Below the pieces are notes generated by a model that saw nothing but the letters and a program-made list of their open reading frames with translations, ran no database searches and had not been told where the DNA came from. A stretch of 64,000 nucleotides of DNA, from positions 10,516 to 74,515 of IMG/VR virus record IMGVR_UViG_2843020057_000001; one strand, 5' to 3'. The position numbers and the translations under genes were made by a program. Shown piece after piece: positions 38,153 to 48,130 of the stretch. Source of the stretch: a virus. Taxonomy: Duplodnaviria; Heunggongvirae; Uroviricota; Caudoviricetes. How positions within the stretch are numbered: position 1 is the first letter of the stretch; the number at the start of each line of letters is the position of its first letter.

Positions 38153-38656
38153 ATGGAAATAAATTCAGTTATAACGGCACTAAAAGAGATGTCGCAAGAT
38201 TCTAGTTATAAAATATATGTTCCGGGACAACTTCCTATGGATGTTACTTTCCAATTGAACGAAGGCGCAACGCTAAATGAGTTAGAGCAGTTAAATAAGC
38301 TTAATTACACTATTCCAAAAGATTATTTAAGGTTTCTAAATGAAATAAATGGTGCAACTTTATTTGATGATGGAAAGTACATTCAAAAATGCAAAATATA
38401 TTCGATACAAGAAATGTTTCATTGGCGAAAATTCCTAAGAGACTCGGGTTTCTTTTCCAATTGGGATAAGTTTCTCCCAATTCTTGACCTACAAGATATA
38501 GGACAATTAATGATTGATTTAGAACGATATGAGAATAAAGAGGATTATTTATTGTATCCAGACGAATCGAATAATTATTTCCACATTGGTTTCACTGAAT
38601 GGTTAAATAATTATCTTGTTACTAATGGAAGCGAATTCTGGTATATAAAATCTTAG
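38153..38656 (+). CDS. SMI1/KNR4 (SUKH) family immunity protein
   Basis: GAT..EL..L.....IP.DY..FL...NGA.LF signature. Confidence 0.85.
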   Translation: MEINSVITALKEMSQDSSYKIYVPGQLPMDVTFQLNEGATLNELEQLNKLNYTIPKDYLRFLNEINGATLFDDGKYIQKCKIYSIQEMFHWRKFLRDSGFFSNWDKFLPILDLQDIGQLMIDLERYENKEDYLLYPDESNNYFHIGFTEWLNNYLVTNGSEFWYIKS

Positions 38657-38765
38657 TTTTATCAAATTACAGCATTCTGCAATCGCTGATTTGCAAGTGC
38701 TAGTCTTATAATTAAATTAATAATAACGATCATCTAGTAAAAACTAGGTGATTTTTTTTATTTTT

Positions 38766-38813
38766 CGGGATATTTTCTAAATTCTGTGACAAAGCACAGG
38801 CAATTGTGATAAT
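38766..38813 (+). promoter_or_regulatory. Phage promoter with the 27-bp motif, upstream of the primase operon
   Basis: CGGGATATTTTCTAAATTCTGTGACAA ending in a GTGACA -35-like hexamer; TG-t-GATAAT -10. Confidence 0.65.
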
Positions 38814-38845
38814 TTAGTAAACGATTATTAAAAGGAAACAATTGT

Positions 38846-39895
38846 ATGCAAGCAAAAGAATTAAAGCAATACATTTTAGATGATACAGATAGAATTTATA
38901 TGCTTTTACGTAATGCAAATTTTCATGATTTTCGACAAAATTCAGAAGAAATAAGATGCGCTCTTCCTAATATGACCAATCCTACAGGGGTAATGATTAA
39001 ATTAAACAACTCATTATACACGTCATTATTTGAGTTGGGATATTCTGGAGACTTATTTGGAGCATTAGGAGTAGTTCTTGAAAAATCATTTAGCGAGGTT
39101 ATGCGCTGGGTTCATAGTTTATTAGGGTTGTCGAATGGGTATAAGAAAGACGATATTTTAGACCCATTGGCAATGCTAATAAAGTTGTCGGGTAATCATA
39201 AATCTGAACAGCAATTCACCAGCAACAAATTATATGATCAATCGGTCCTGAACAAGTTTGTTAATGGAATTCATAGGTCAATTATTGAGGAGGGAATAAC
39301 GCCTGATGTAGCTCGAAAGTTTAATATTATGTACGACCCACATATGAATAGAGTTATTTTTCCACATTTTGATTGGGAAGACTTTACAAAAGTTGTTGGA
39401 GTTCAGGGTAGGACAACTTTATCAAAAGTTGAAATTGAAATGACTGGAACGCCGAAATACTGGAATTATATAAAACATTATCGCAAAGCGTTAAACCTAT
39501 ATGGTTTTAATCAAGCTAGTGAAAATGTTAAAGAATCTAAGCAAATCATTCTATTCGAAGCGGAAAAGTCGGTATTAAAACAGTTTACATTTACCAACTG
39601 TGAGGGGAATTCGGTAGCACTTGGTGGTCATACGATTAGTGATAATCAAGTTGATTTTATCCTAAGAAAATTACCCAGTGATGGTGAGGTTATATTAGCG
39701 TTCGATCATGACGTTATGACTAAGGAAAACGAGGGAGAGAGATACATAATAAACCAGGCTAAGAAGTTCTCGGTATTCCGAAAGACAAGCTATATTTTCG
39801 ATACATATAATATTTTGGGCGAAAAAGACTCGCCGATAGATTGTGGTAAGAAGAAGTGGGATTACTTATTTAAATGGAGAAAGGTGATTGAGTGA
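38846..39895 (+). CDS. DNA primase (TOPRIM)
   Basis: ILFEAEKSVL and ILAFDHD TOPRIM motifs; VIFPHFD..VVGVQGR primase pattern. Confidence 0.8.
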   Translation: MQAKELKQYILDDTDRIYMLLRNANFHDFRQNSEEIRCALPNMTNPTGVMIKLNNSLYTSLFELGYSGDLFGALGVVLEKSFSEVMRWVHSLLGLSNGYKKDDILDPLAMLIKLSGNHKSEQQFTSNKLYDQSVLNKFVNGIHRSIIEEGITPDVARKFNIMYDPHMNRVIFPHFDWEDFTKVVGVQGRTTLSKVEIEMTGTPKYWNYIKHYRKALNLYGFNQASENVKESKQIILFEAEKSVLKQFTFTNCEGNSVALGGHTISDNQVDFILRKLPSDGEVILAFDHDVMTKENEGERYIINQAKKFSVFRKTSYIFDTYNILGEKDSPIDCGKKKWDYLFKWRKVIE

Positions 39896-41076
39896 GGCTA
39901 AATAAAGAACAAAAGCAAAAGATAATGAATCAATATGGTGTAGATCGTATTTGGAGTTTCAGTCGAGTTAACGTAGCACATAACTGTTTGCAAGAATATA
40001 TTCATACCTACCTGAGACATGATATTCCTCATACCGATAATGTTTATACCGTTTTTGGAAGCGAGGTTCATGACATTACCGAGTCATTAACTACAAAGGA
40101 ATTTGATTTAAACACTGCCTCAGATGCCTGGAAGCAGTTCGTAAAGAAGTGGGAAGAAGACCCAGAAGCTTTGCACTTTGATACGGAAAAGATTAAGCAG
40201 GGTTATTTAGGTAATTTAACACACTATTTTGCTAATACAGAATTGCCAGAAGGTGCGAAAATTCACACGGAATTACCTGTCATGACGAAGGTTGGTGGAA
40301 CCAATTCAAAACCTAAATATGTATTTGTGGGATATATTGATACTGAATACATTGATAATGATGGAAATGTTGTACTGGTCGACTATAAATCTTCAAGCAA
40401 ATCTAGTTTTTCAAAGGCAAAACTACCAGAAAAGTCAATGCAGTTAATGTTGTATGCTACTGGGATTCACCAACATGACAAGGTACCATTCGAAAAGATT
40501 AAGGCTCGCTTTGACATGATGAAATATGTAACTGTTCATTATAAACAAGAAAATGGTAAGTGGAATACCAGTATTCAAGAACGTTCAATTTGGGTCTCTA
40601 AGATGCAAAAGAAACTAGAGACTAAGTTAAAGAAGGCTGGAATCGACAAGGAAGAGTCGAGAAAATTAATCCAAATTGCTTCATTGGCAAATAACATGGA
40701 TAACTTACCAGATTCAGTAAAGGAACAGTTTTACATCACTAATTATTATATTGAGTTGGAGTTAACAGAAGAAAAGTGTCAAAAATTATTAGAAGATATT
40801 GAGAAACGTTGTGATGAGCTTATGGAATTAGAAAGTCTCTCTGAAGAAGATCAGGACAGTTTTGCAGAAGTTAATCACAGATATAATCCAGACGATTACT
40901 ATGAGACACATTTATGCTCATATCATACAAGTGAATTGTTTAAGAAAAAAGAATCATTATTAAAGAATGTATTAAAACCCCAATTTTCGGTGGAAGAGAA
41001 TAATCAGGATAATGAAATGCACTCATTGTTTAACGACGACAAAGAAGATACGACTCTTGAGGAATTATTTAGTTAG
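39892..41076 (+). CDS. PD-(D/E)XK (RecB/Cas4-like) exonuclease
   Basis: WSFSR...C; GYID...VDYKSS; MQLMLYA motifs. Confidence 0.8.
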   Translation: MRLNKEQKQKIMNQYGVDRIWSFSRVNVAHNCLQEYIHTYLRHDIPHTDNVYTVFGSEVHDITESLTTKEFDLNTASDAWKQFVKKWEEDPEALHFDTEKIKQGYLGNLTHYFANTELPEGAKIHTELPVMTKVGGTNSKPKYVFVGYIDTEYIDNDGNVVLVDYKSSSKSSFSKAKLPEKSMQLMLYATGIHQHDKVPFEKIKARFDMMKYVTVHYKQENGKWNTSIQERSIWVSKMQKKLETKLKKAGIDKEESRKLIQIASLANNMDNLPDSVKEQFYITNYYIELELTEEKCQKLLEDIEKRCDELMELESLSEEDQDSFAEVNHRYNPDDYYETHLCSYHTSELFKKKESLLKNVLKPQFSVEENNQDNEMHSLFNDDKEDTTLEELFS

Positions 41077-41086
41077 GAGACTTTAA

Positions 41087-44000
41087 ATGCAGGGTAAATA
41101 TGATTATTGGTTTAGTTATCATCAACATACTTCAATTTCAAATGGACTCGGTTATTGGGAAGTAATGACTAAGTTTGAAGACTATATAGACTATGCTATC
41201 AAACATCATATTCCTGCTGTCACAAGCTCGGAGCATGGTAATGTTATCATGTGGATTAAGCGTAAAGAATTGGCTGAGGAGGCTAACCTTAAATACGTTC
41301 ATTCTACAGAAGCCTATGTCACGATGAACTTGGACGACAAGAATCGTGGTTATCATACAGTCCTTATAGCAAAGAATTACGATGGCGTGAAAGAAATTAA
41401 TCGTTTATCCTCGGCAAGCTTTAATAGAAAAGATGGTCATTTTTACTATCGTCCTCGTATTTTGTTTGATGATTTGAAAGAAACCGTATCACATGGAAAT
41501 ATCTATGTAACAACAGCGTGTTTAGCTGGTGCATTAAGTCAAACATATAAGAACGTAGAGGAAGCCAGTGTGTGCAAACAATGGATAAAATTGGCTAGTG
41601 ACTACAAAGATAATGTCTTCTTGGAAGTTCAACCACACATAGATAAAGAACAGAAAGATTATAATGAATTTCTAACTCAAGTAGCGAGTGCGCACGGCCT
41701 TAAGCTAATTGCTGCTAATGATGTTCATGCACTTAATCCAGAACATGACCGCTTACGAAAAATTATTAAAAAGGGCAAGAAGAACAGCTATGACGATGAT
41801 GATAAGTTTGAATTATGGTGCAAAACACGAGAAGAAATGGTTGATACATTCAGGGAACAGGGCGTTTTAACCGAGCAAGAAATAAATGATGCACTTGATC
41901 TGACCGTAGAAATTGCAAATCAAGTAGAAGAGTTTGAGCTAGATAAAAGTCATAAATACCCTCATTTATACAAAAATCCTGAAAAAGAATTTCAAAATCG
42001 AATTAAACAAGGATTGAAAGATAGAGGAATTTTGGATTTACCAAAAGAGCAAAGACAAAAGTATTTTGACCGTGTTAAGTATGAATACAGTGTTTACAAG
42101 GGTAATGGGGCTATTGATTATATGCTGTCTCATGAAGATATTTTAAACGCCGCGAAAGAACATGGCATTAAATTTGGGTACGGGCGCGGAAGCGTCAGTG
42201 GGTCATTAATAGCTTATTTGTGTGGTCAGACCGAAATGGACTCAGTAAAACTTGGATTAAACTTTGAACGATTTATGAACCCTCAAAGAATTAGTTTAGC
42301 TGACATTGATGAAGATCTTTATAGGCCAGACCAGCAGTGGATTCAAAAATGGATGTTGACTAATCCCAAATGGCACGCTGCCTCAATTATGACTGCAAAT
42401 ACATACGGGTTAAAAGCTGCAATAAAAGTGATTGCTGATGGTATGGACAGATACGCAGGGAAACCAGCTTATATTCAATCTATTCGTAATCAAATTGGCG
42501 ATGATGGATTTATTCCTGAGCAATTATATGAAGAGCACCAGCAATTGATTGATGATGCAAAGAAGGTTGTTGGTGTTATCGACTCTTTTGGAAGACATGC
42601 CGCAGGGATTGTTATTGACACAAACGCCATTGACGATTCTATGGGAATACAAACAATCTCTGGTTGGGATTACCCTGTTACTCAAGTGGCGATGAAAGAA
42701 ATAGACCATTTTTCATGGGTAAAGTACGACCTGCTTGGGCTAGATAACGTGGGATTAATTAGTAAGACTGCTGAATTGGCAGGAATACCGTATCCTACGC
42801 CTGATTCTAACTTTATTGATTTTGAAGATGAAAATGTCTGGAAATCAATGAGAGAAGATAATATTGGGGTATTCCAAATGGAAGGTGAACGAGCAGGTAA
42901 ATTACTAAAAGATATGCTATCTCCAGAAACCATGGAGAAAATTAAGTCTAACGAAGCGGGAAAAAACGTTAAATATATGGATTTATTATCGCTGGTTAAT
43001 GCCGCACAAAGGCCATCAGGAGCCAGCTATGTTGATGCCGTTACTCATGGTGTATTTAAGGACAATGGTCATCTTGCTTTAAATGAATTCTTAGCACCAA
43101 CCCTTGGGGAATTGGTGTATCAAGAACAATTGATTCAGTTTCTTGTCCAATTTACAGGGCGCACCCCTGGTGAAGCCGATGTTCTGAGAAGAGCTGTGGG
43201 TAAGAAACAAAAGGATGTTATTGACCGCGAGGTTCCAATTATCCGGCAGGATTTTATTAAGACAATGATTGAAAAATACCATGACGCCCCAGAACACGCA
43301 GAATCAATAGCAAATGACTTTATGCAAGTATTTATGGACGCAGCTAACTATGGTTTCTCAATTAATCACTCCATGGCCTACTCATATATTGGATATATTT
43401 CGACATGGCTACGTTATTATTATCCGCTTGAATGGTGTACGGCCGCCTTTCAAATATGGGAAGGTAAACAAGAAAAACTAAATAGAGTAGTTAAATTCGC
43501 AAAATCAAAAGGTATCTCTTTAAAACCATTTAAGTTTGGTAAGTCAAAAAGTAATTATTATATGGATAAGCAAAATAAATCTATATACGAGGGAACTGCT
43601 TCTATCAAAGGCGTATCAACGAAAGCGGGCGATGAACTCTATCTTATAAGTGATAAACCAAATAAAAAATTTACAGACTTATTGATGGATATTTATGATA
43701 ATTCACAAGTGGTTATAAAAAATATCCTATATTCTCCTAAGGCTCTTTACAATAAGTTTAATGAATCAGAATTAAAGGAAATTGATTTAATTGTGAAAAA
43801 TGAATCTGATAAAGTGAAAGTCCAAGAGCCCCAAGGGTTTGCAATTACTAGTAAAGACATGATAAATTTGATTTTGTTGAATTATTTCTCTGAATTTGGC
43901 TCTCCAAGGAAACTCAAATTGGTTTATGAAAAGTTCCATAAAACATATAAGCCTAAAAATAAGAGATTCGTAGGAAAGAGTCGAAAATATCATGAATGTT

Positions 44001-44365
44001 TGGAATACGAAGAGTCATTAGGTGACGAAGATTATCCACTAATTACCACTTTACAGAATGAATATCGCCTATTAGGTAGATGCCTAACTACTAATAGTGA
44101 AATACCGGCAAATTACGCATTTATTACTAGCCTAGTAATAAGAAGCAATAAAGTAATAGTTGGTTTATATTCAATAAAACATGGACGTGAAGTAAAGGGG
44201 TTCATATCTAAAAAGTCATTTAAGCTTAATAGTATCTCGGAGGGAGATTTAATTACAGTCGAGAGGACGTCTATGCGCCCTAAAAATATATTAAAAGATG
44301 GGCATTGGCAAAAGAGTAAAACCGACAAAGAATTGTGGATTGACAGTTTAGTACGAAAAGGATAA
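41087..44365 (+). CDS. dnaE: Phage DNA polymerase III alpha subunit (DnaE type)
   Basis: PHP domain (HQHT, EAY, NDVH); GRGSVSGSL; FERFMNP.R...ADIDED; GRHAAG; KYDLLGL; YGFSINHS. Confidence 0.95.
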   Translation: MQGKYDYWFSYHQHTSISNGLGYWEVMTKFEDYIDYAIKHHIPAVTSSEHGNVIMWIKRKELAEEANLKYVHSTEAYVTMNLDDKNRGYHTVLIAKNYDGVKEINRLSSASFNRKDGHFYYRPRILFDDLKETVSHGNIYVTTACLAGALSQTYKNVEEASVCKQWIKLASDYKDNVFLEVQPHIDKEQKDYNEFLTQVASAHGLKLIAANDVHALNPEHDRLRKIIKKGKKNSYDDDDKFELWCKTREEMVDTFREQGVLTEQEINDALDLTVEIANQVEEFELDKSHKYPHLYKNPEKEFQNRIKQGLKDRGILDLPKEQRQKYFDRVKYEYSVYKGNGAIDYMLSHEDILNAAKEHGIKFGYGRGSVSGSLIAYLCGQTEMDSVKLGLNFERFMNPQRISLADIDEDLYRPDQQWIQKWMLTNPKWHAASIMTANTYGLKAAIKVIADGMDRYAGKPAYIQSIRNQIGDDGFIPEQLYEEHQQLIDDAKKVVGVIDSFGRHAAGIVIDTNAIDDSMGIQTISGWDYPVTQVAMKEIDHFSWVKYDLLGLDNVGLISKTAELAGIPYPTPDSNFIDFEDENVWKSMREDNIGVFQMEGERAGKLLKDMLSPETMEKIKSNEAGKNVKYMDLLSLVNAAQRPSGASYVDAVTHGVFKDNGHLALNEFLAPTLGELVYQEQLIQFLVQFTGRTPGEADVLRRAVGKKQKDVIDREVPIIRQDFIKTMIEKYHDAPEHAESIANDFMQVFMDAANYGFSINHSMAYSYIGYISTWLRYYYPLEWCTAAFQIWEGKQEKLNRVVKFAKSKGISLKPFKFGKSKSNYYMDKQNKSIYEGTASIKGVSTKAGDELYLISDKPNKKFTDLLMDIYDNSQVVIKNILYSPKALYNKFNESELKEIDLIVKNESDKVKVQEPQGFAITSKDMINLILLNYFSEFGSPRKLKLVYEKFHKTYKPKNKRFVGKSRKYHECLEYEESLGDEDYPLITTLQNEYRLLGRCLTTNSEIPANYAFITSLVIRSNKVIVGLYSIKHGREVKGFISKKSFKLNSISEGDLITVERTSMRPKNILKDGHWQKSKTDKELWIDSLVRKG

Positions 44366-44493
44366 CTAGTAGTGGGAGCTAGTTGTTCGTTGTTTAATGT
44401 GCAGATGGAAGCTGCTAAACATTAACCCAAAATAATTTGATTGGAGTTTGCTTCTTCACGTAGTGATAAACTACGTCTTCCAGAAGAGAAGCA

Positions 44494-44937
44494 TTGATAA
44501 TGAATAATTCATTTGAAGTAATCGTAAAGAATGAATGGTTTAATACCGACAAAGAATTAGTTTCAGTTGTTCATCAGTTAAGAAATTTACGGCAGGCTTT
44601 AGTTAAATTTGATTCGCCAGAGGCATATGAGTCGTATTGCAAATGCTATTCTGAAATGAATAGTCTGTTACGACAGGTAATTAAAGAAGAGACACCAAAT
44701 GTTGTAATGTGTAAAGAATTCAATGGAATTTGTTGGATTCTTGAACTTGATTACTTAGAAGATGGTGATTCGCCGTTAGAATTAGTTAGTTGGCCGACTA
44801 TCAACGAGCTAAAAGCAGAAGGACTTGATACATTAATAGGTCAAAGGGTCGAAGTATCGCGCTTAGATGATGCATTGGATGAGATTGATCTTGGGGAAGA
44901 ATTAGCAGATAACATTATGAGTTTGATTGAGGAGTAA
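44494..44937 (+). CDS. Hypothetical acidic protein
   Basis: 147-aa ORF ahead of the ligase; start uncertain (TTG 44494 or ATG 44500). Confidence 0.6.
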   Translation: MIMNNSFEVIVKNEWFNTDKELVSVVHQLRNLRQALVKFDSPEAYESYCKCYSEMNSLLRQVIKEETPNVVMCKEFNGICWILELDYLEDGDSPLELVSWPTINELKAEGLDTLIGQRVEVSRLDDALDEIDLGEELADNIMSLIEE

Positions 44938-44940
44938 TTA

Positions 44941-46305
44941 ATGCTGGAAGATATTAAGATTCTAAAAGGAATTTTTGATGATATCCAAAACGAATCATCA
45001 TCTAATACTAAAATTGGAATTATTAAAGACAATAAAGATAATGACTTGTTTAAGAAGACCTTACAATTCGTCTATGATGATTTTGTCCGCACAGGACTAT
45101 CCATAAAGACATTGGTCCAGACACCCCATGATACTACAACTATTACCGATTATGTTGGAGAGTATACGTTTGAAGGGTTAATGGAATATGTGAAAGAACA
45201 TAACACTGGTACATTATCTACAATACATCTTATTCAAGATTTTGCATCAGTATTCCCATCTGATATTGAGGAGTTTCTATATCAAGTGTTTGGAAAAGAT
45301 TTAAAGGTAGGGATTACTGCAAAATCTATCAATAAGGCACTTGGCAAAGGATTTATTCGAGAATTCAGTGTTCAATTAGCCCATCCTTATCATAAATATA
45401 TGGATAAGGTACCAGGTAAATCATTTACTTTAACTCAAAAATTAGACGGTCATAGATCTGTATTCATTGTTAAGAATGGCAAGGGGCAATTCTATACTCG
45501 TAAAGGGCTGCCAATTAGTGGATTAGAAATACAAACCGCAGAAGCCATGAAGTTAGCAGAGGTATTAGGGAATAACGGTTCTATAGATTATGTTCTTGAT
45601 GGCGAACTAGTATTATCTAATGATGACAACTTAAAAACGAAAGATTTATTTAGAGCAACTTCACGCACCTTACGCAGCGAAACGGCAGATAAGAGTCGAA
45701 TTCAATACAATATATTTGACGCTTTACCAACAAAAGAATTTGAACAAGGGAAATCAAAAGATACATTTGAGGTACGTAAAGATTTCTTGTCAATGATCAT
45801 GGACGCTATCGAATATGATTTTCCCAAATCTTTTAACCATTTACATCTAGTAAAGAATCTTTATAATGGTGCTGATCTTTCTATGATCGGTAAATTACAA
45901 CACGATTTGGTTGAACCTAATGATTGGGAAGGGCTTATGCTTAATCTTAATGATGAGTATTATATGACTAAGAGAACAACAGGGCTGCTTAAGATTAAAG
46001 AATTCTTTGATGCAGATGTCTTCGTTAAAGGTGTTTTTGAGGGGACAGGCCGTCTGAAGGGGACACTCGGTGGAATTATCGTTGATTATAAGGGTTATGA
46101 TATTCGTGTAGGAACTGGCTTTAAGCAGGATGAACGGGAATACTACTGGAACAATCCTGATGAAATCATTGGAAAAATAGTAGATATATCTTATTTTGAA
46201 GAAACACATAATCAGAACAATGACGATATAAGCTTGAGATTTCCCAGCTATGTTGGGCTAAGAGTAGATAAGACCGACAAAAGTGATGTTTCCTACGAGA
46301 TTTAA
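44941..46305 (+). CDS. ATP-dependent DNA ligase
   Basis: GAGGAG RBS; motif I KLDGHR; DGEL; EGLMLN; LLKIK; C-terminal OB fold ending SLRFP. Confidence 0.92.
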   Translation: MLEDIKILKGIFDDIQNESSSNTKIGIIKDNKDNDLFKKTLQFVYDDFVRTGLSIKTLVQTPHDTTTITDYVGEYTFEGLMEYVKEHNTGTLSTIHLIQDFASVFPSDIEEFLYQVFGKDLKVGITAKSINKALGKGFIREFSVQLAHPYHKYMDKVPGKSFTLTQKLDGHRSVFIVKNGKGQFYTRKGLPISGLEIQTAEAMKLAEVLGNNGSIDYVLDGELVLSNDDNLKTKDLFRATSRTLRSETADKSRIQYNIFDALPTKEFEQGKSKDTFEVRKDFLSMIMDAIEYDFPKSFNHLHLVKNLYNGADLSMIGKLQHDLVEPNDWEGLMLNLNDEYYMTKRTTGLLKIKEFFDADVFVKGVFEGTGRLKGTLGGIIVDYKGYDIRVGTGFKQDEREYYWNNPDEIIGKIVDISYFEETHNQNNDDISLRFPSYVGLRVDKTDKSDVSYEI

Positions 46306-46313
46306 ATAAATTA

Positions 46314-46362
46314 CGGGATATTTCCTAAATTTTGTGACAACAGAAAGGGAATAGATTAAAAT
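46314..46362 (+). promoter_or_regulatory. Phage promoter with the 27-bp motif
   Basis: CGGGATATTTCCTAAATTTTGTGACAA (25/27 to 38766); GTGACA-N17-TAAAAT. Confidence 0.7.
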
Positions 46363-46457
46363 AATAGAGCATTAAGAATTTAACGTCCTTAATGCTTATT
46401 ATTTTAGCTAAACACAAGTAAATAAAGAATAAAAATAAACAAAATTATATAAAGGGT

Positions 46458-46949
46458 GTGTTCGAAATAGCTAAAAATAAAGCAGGGACATGGTTTGGTC
46501 AGAAAGTTGAAAAGGACGGATTCAAGTTTGATTCAATAAAAGAATATAACTTTTACGAAAATTTTGTTAAGCCATCTGGATTAAAGTTCGAAGTACATAA
46601 AGGATTTAAGTTGCATCCTATTATCGAACTACAAAATGGTGATTTAAGACTTAGGTCTAGTATTTATACACCAGACTTTGTTCTTTACAACAAAGACGGT
46701 GGAATGAAGCATGTAATTGATATTAAATCAGGATTCACTCAATTCGCCATTGATTCTGCCGCAGCATTAAGATTCAAATTATTTGCGGATAAATACAAAG
46801 TCCCTGTTGAAGTTATTGTTCCAAGAGTTCATGACTTTCGAGTGAAGATCATGGGGACTACGAAGAAATTTGATCCACTTATTAGAGAAGATTTGACGTA
46901 TGACACATCTGAATTAGTAAAGGAAGCTTTTTCGAATTTGAAGGATTGA
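46458..46949 (+). CDS. DUF1064-like PD-(D/E)XK endonuclease
   Basis: DG.KFDS.KE..FY; YTPDF....VIDIK pattern. Confidence 0.7.
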   Translation: MFEIAKNKAGTWFGQKVEKDGFKFDSIKEYNFYENFVKPSGLKFEVHKGFKLHPIIELQNGDLRLRSSIYTPDFVLYNKDGGMKHVIDIKSGFTQFAIDSAAALRFKLFADKYKVPVEVIVPRVHDFRVKIMGTTKKFDPLIREDLTYDTSELVKEAFSNLKD

Positions 46950-46956
46950 GTTAATT

Positions 46957-47238
46957 ATGGTTTACAACATTTGGAAAGATCCCGAAGAGGACATGGAAAG
47001 AACAGCGATAGATCACTACTTCGATGATTTGGTGGGCAATGGCGTTATGCGTGATTATCATGACCTTATTATCGAAGGACTTATATCACAGGAAGCTATA
47101 AAGATTCCACTTATGAAAGAGTTACAAAAATCATACGATGTGGACATGAATAATGTTGGAAATATCAATTACTTTCAACAACAATTCACGGAAAGGATGA
47201 AACAATTTGGCTTCAATTTGGGAAAAGACATTTGGTAA
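46957..47238 (+). CDS. Hypothetical protein
   Basis: 93-aa ORF in a tight operon. Confidence 0.55.
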   Translation: MVYNIWKDPEEDMERTAIDHYFDDLVGNGVMRDYHDLIIEGLISQEAIKIPLMKELQKSYDVDMNNVGNINYFQQQFTERMKQFGFNLGKDIW

Positions 47239-47530
47239 ACGAAATGCCAAGAAAAACGTTGCCCGAGAATTGTCTGAAAAGATTATTGAATACAAAAATG
47301 ACTATGGTTACGAAACAATTGCAGAAGCAGTGGTTCAAGTAGGTAATTCATACGAATTTGCTAAAGATATGGATCACGCAGCTCCAATTTATGCAGTATG
47401 GAGAAGTGCCAAGGAGCTAAATGTACTTGATATGGCTGTCATGCGAGCTATTACTGAACAGGATAAATATGAAGATGAATCTGATTCTAATGATAATAGT
47501 GACGATCATGCAAATCTGGCTTTGGCATGA
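47207..47530 (+). CDS. Hypothetical protein
   Basis: 107-aa ORF overlapping the previous gene; start uncertain. Confidence 0.5.
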   Translation: MASIWEKTFGKRNAKKNVARELSEKIIEYKNDYGYETIAEAVVQVGNSYEFAKDMDHAAPIYAVWRSAKELNVLDMAVMRAITEQDKYEDESDSNDNSDDHANLALA

Positions 47531-47554
47531 ATTTAGTGATTAGGAGGAATTAAC

Positions 47555-48130
47555 ATAGCAAATAGTAATTATGCATTAATTGTTGGAGGAAATTCTTCCA
47601 ATAGAGAAGAAAATGATTATTACGCAACACCACCAAGAGCAATTGATGATCTATTAAATATGGTTGAGCTTGACGAAAAGATTTGGGAGCCCGCATGTGG
47701 TGGAGGACACCTTTCCTCAAGACTAAAAGAACGAGGGTATAGAGTTTACTCTTCCGATTTAATCGATAGAGGATACGAGGGTTTTGATGAGCAATATGAC
47801 TTTATTAATGGCAAGCCAAAGAAATTTAATGGTGATATTGTTACTAATCCGCCATTCAAATATGCATCAGATTTCATTATCAGAAGCTTAGATTCTATCA
47901 AAGATGGTCATAAGGTTTGTATGTTTTTGAAGTTACAGTTTTTAGAAGGACAGACCAGAAAGAAAGAACTCTTTTCCCGTAGGGAACTTAAACATATCTT
48001 CGTTTACAGTAAAAGAATTACGACTGCTAAAAACGGTGATTTTGATAAATATAAGAGTACAGCACTTTGCAACGCTTGGTTTGTATGGGAGAAAGGCTAT
48101 AACGGCTTGCCGAATGTAGATTGGATTTAG
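47555..48130 (+). CDS. Orphan amino-DNA methyltransferase (N6-A/N4-C type), probable ATA start
   Basis: AGGAGG RBS then an in-frame ATA; REENDYYATPP; motif I WEPACGGGHL; motif IV TNPPF. Confidence 0.8.
   Translation: MANSNYALIVGGNSSNREENDYYATPPRAIDDLLNMVELDEKIWEPACGGGHLSSRLKERGYRVYSSDLIDRGYEGFDEQYDFINGKPKKFNGDIVTNPPFKYASDFIIRSLDSIKDGHKVCMFLKLQFLEGQTRKKELFSRRELKHIFVYSKRITTAKNGDFDKYKSTALCNAWFVWEKGYNGLPNVDWI

Noticed and set aside
41087-44365. Intein or intron in dnaE
   Set aside because: Length and motif spacing are continuous; no C/S...HN splice junctions or LAGLIDADG block seen
47207-47530. Similarity to T4 gp33 late co-activator (A.ELN.L ending)
   Set aside because: Only a few residues match by eye; cannot be supported without a profile search
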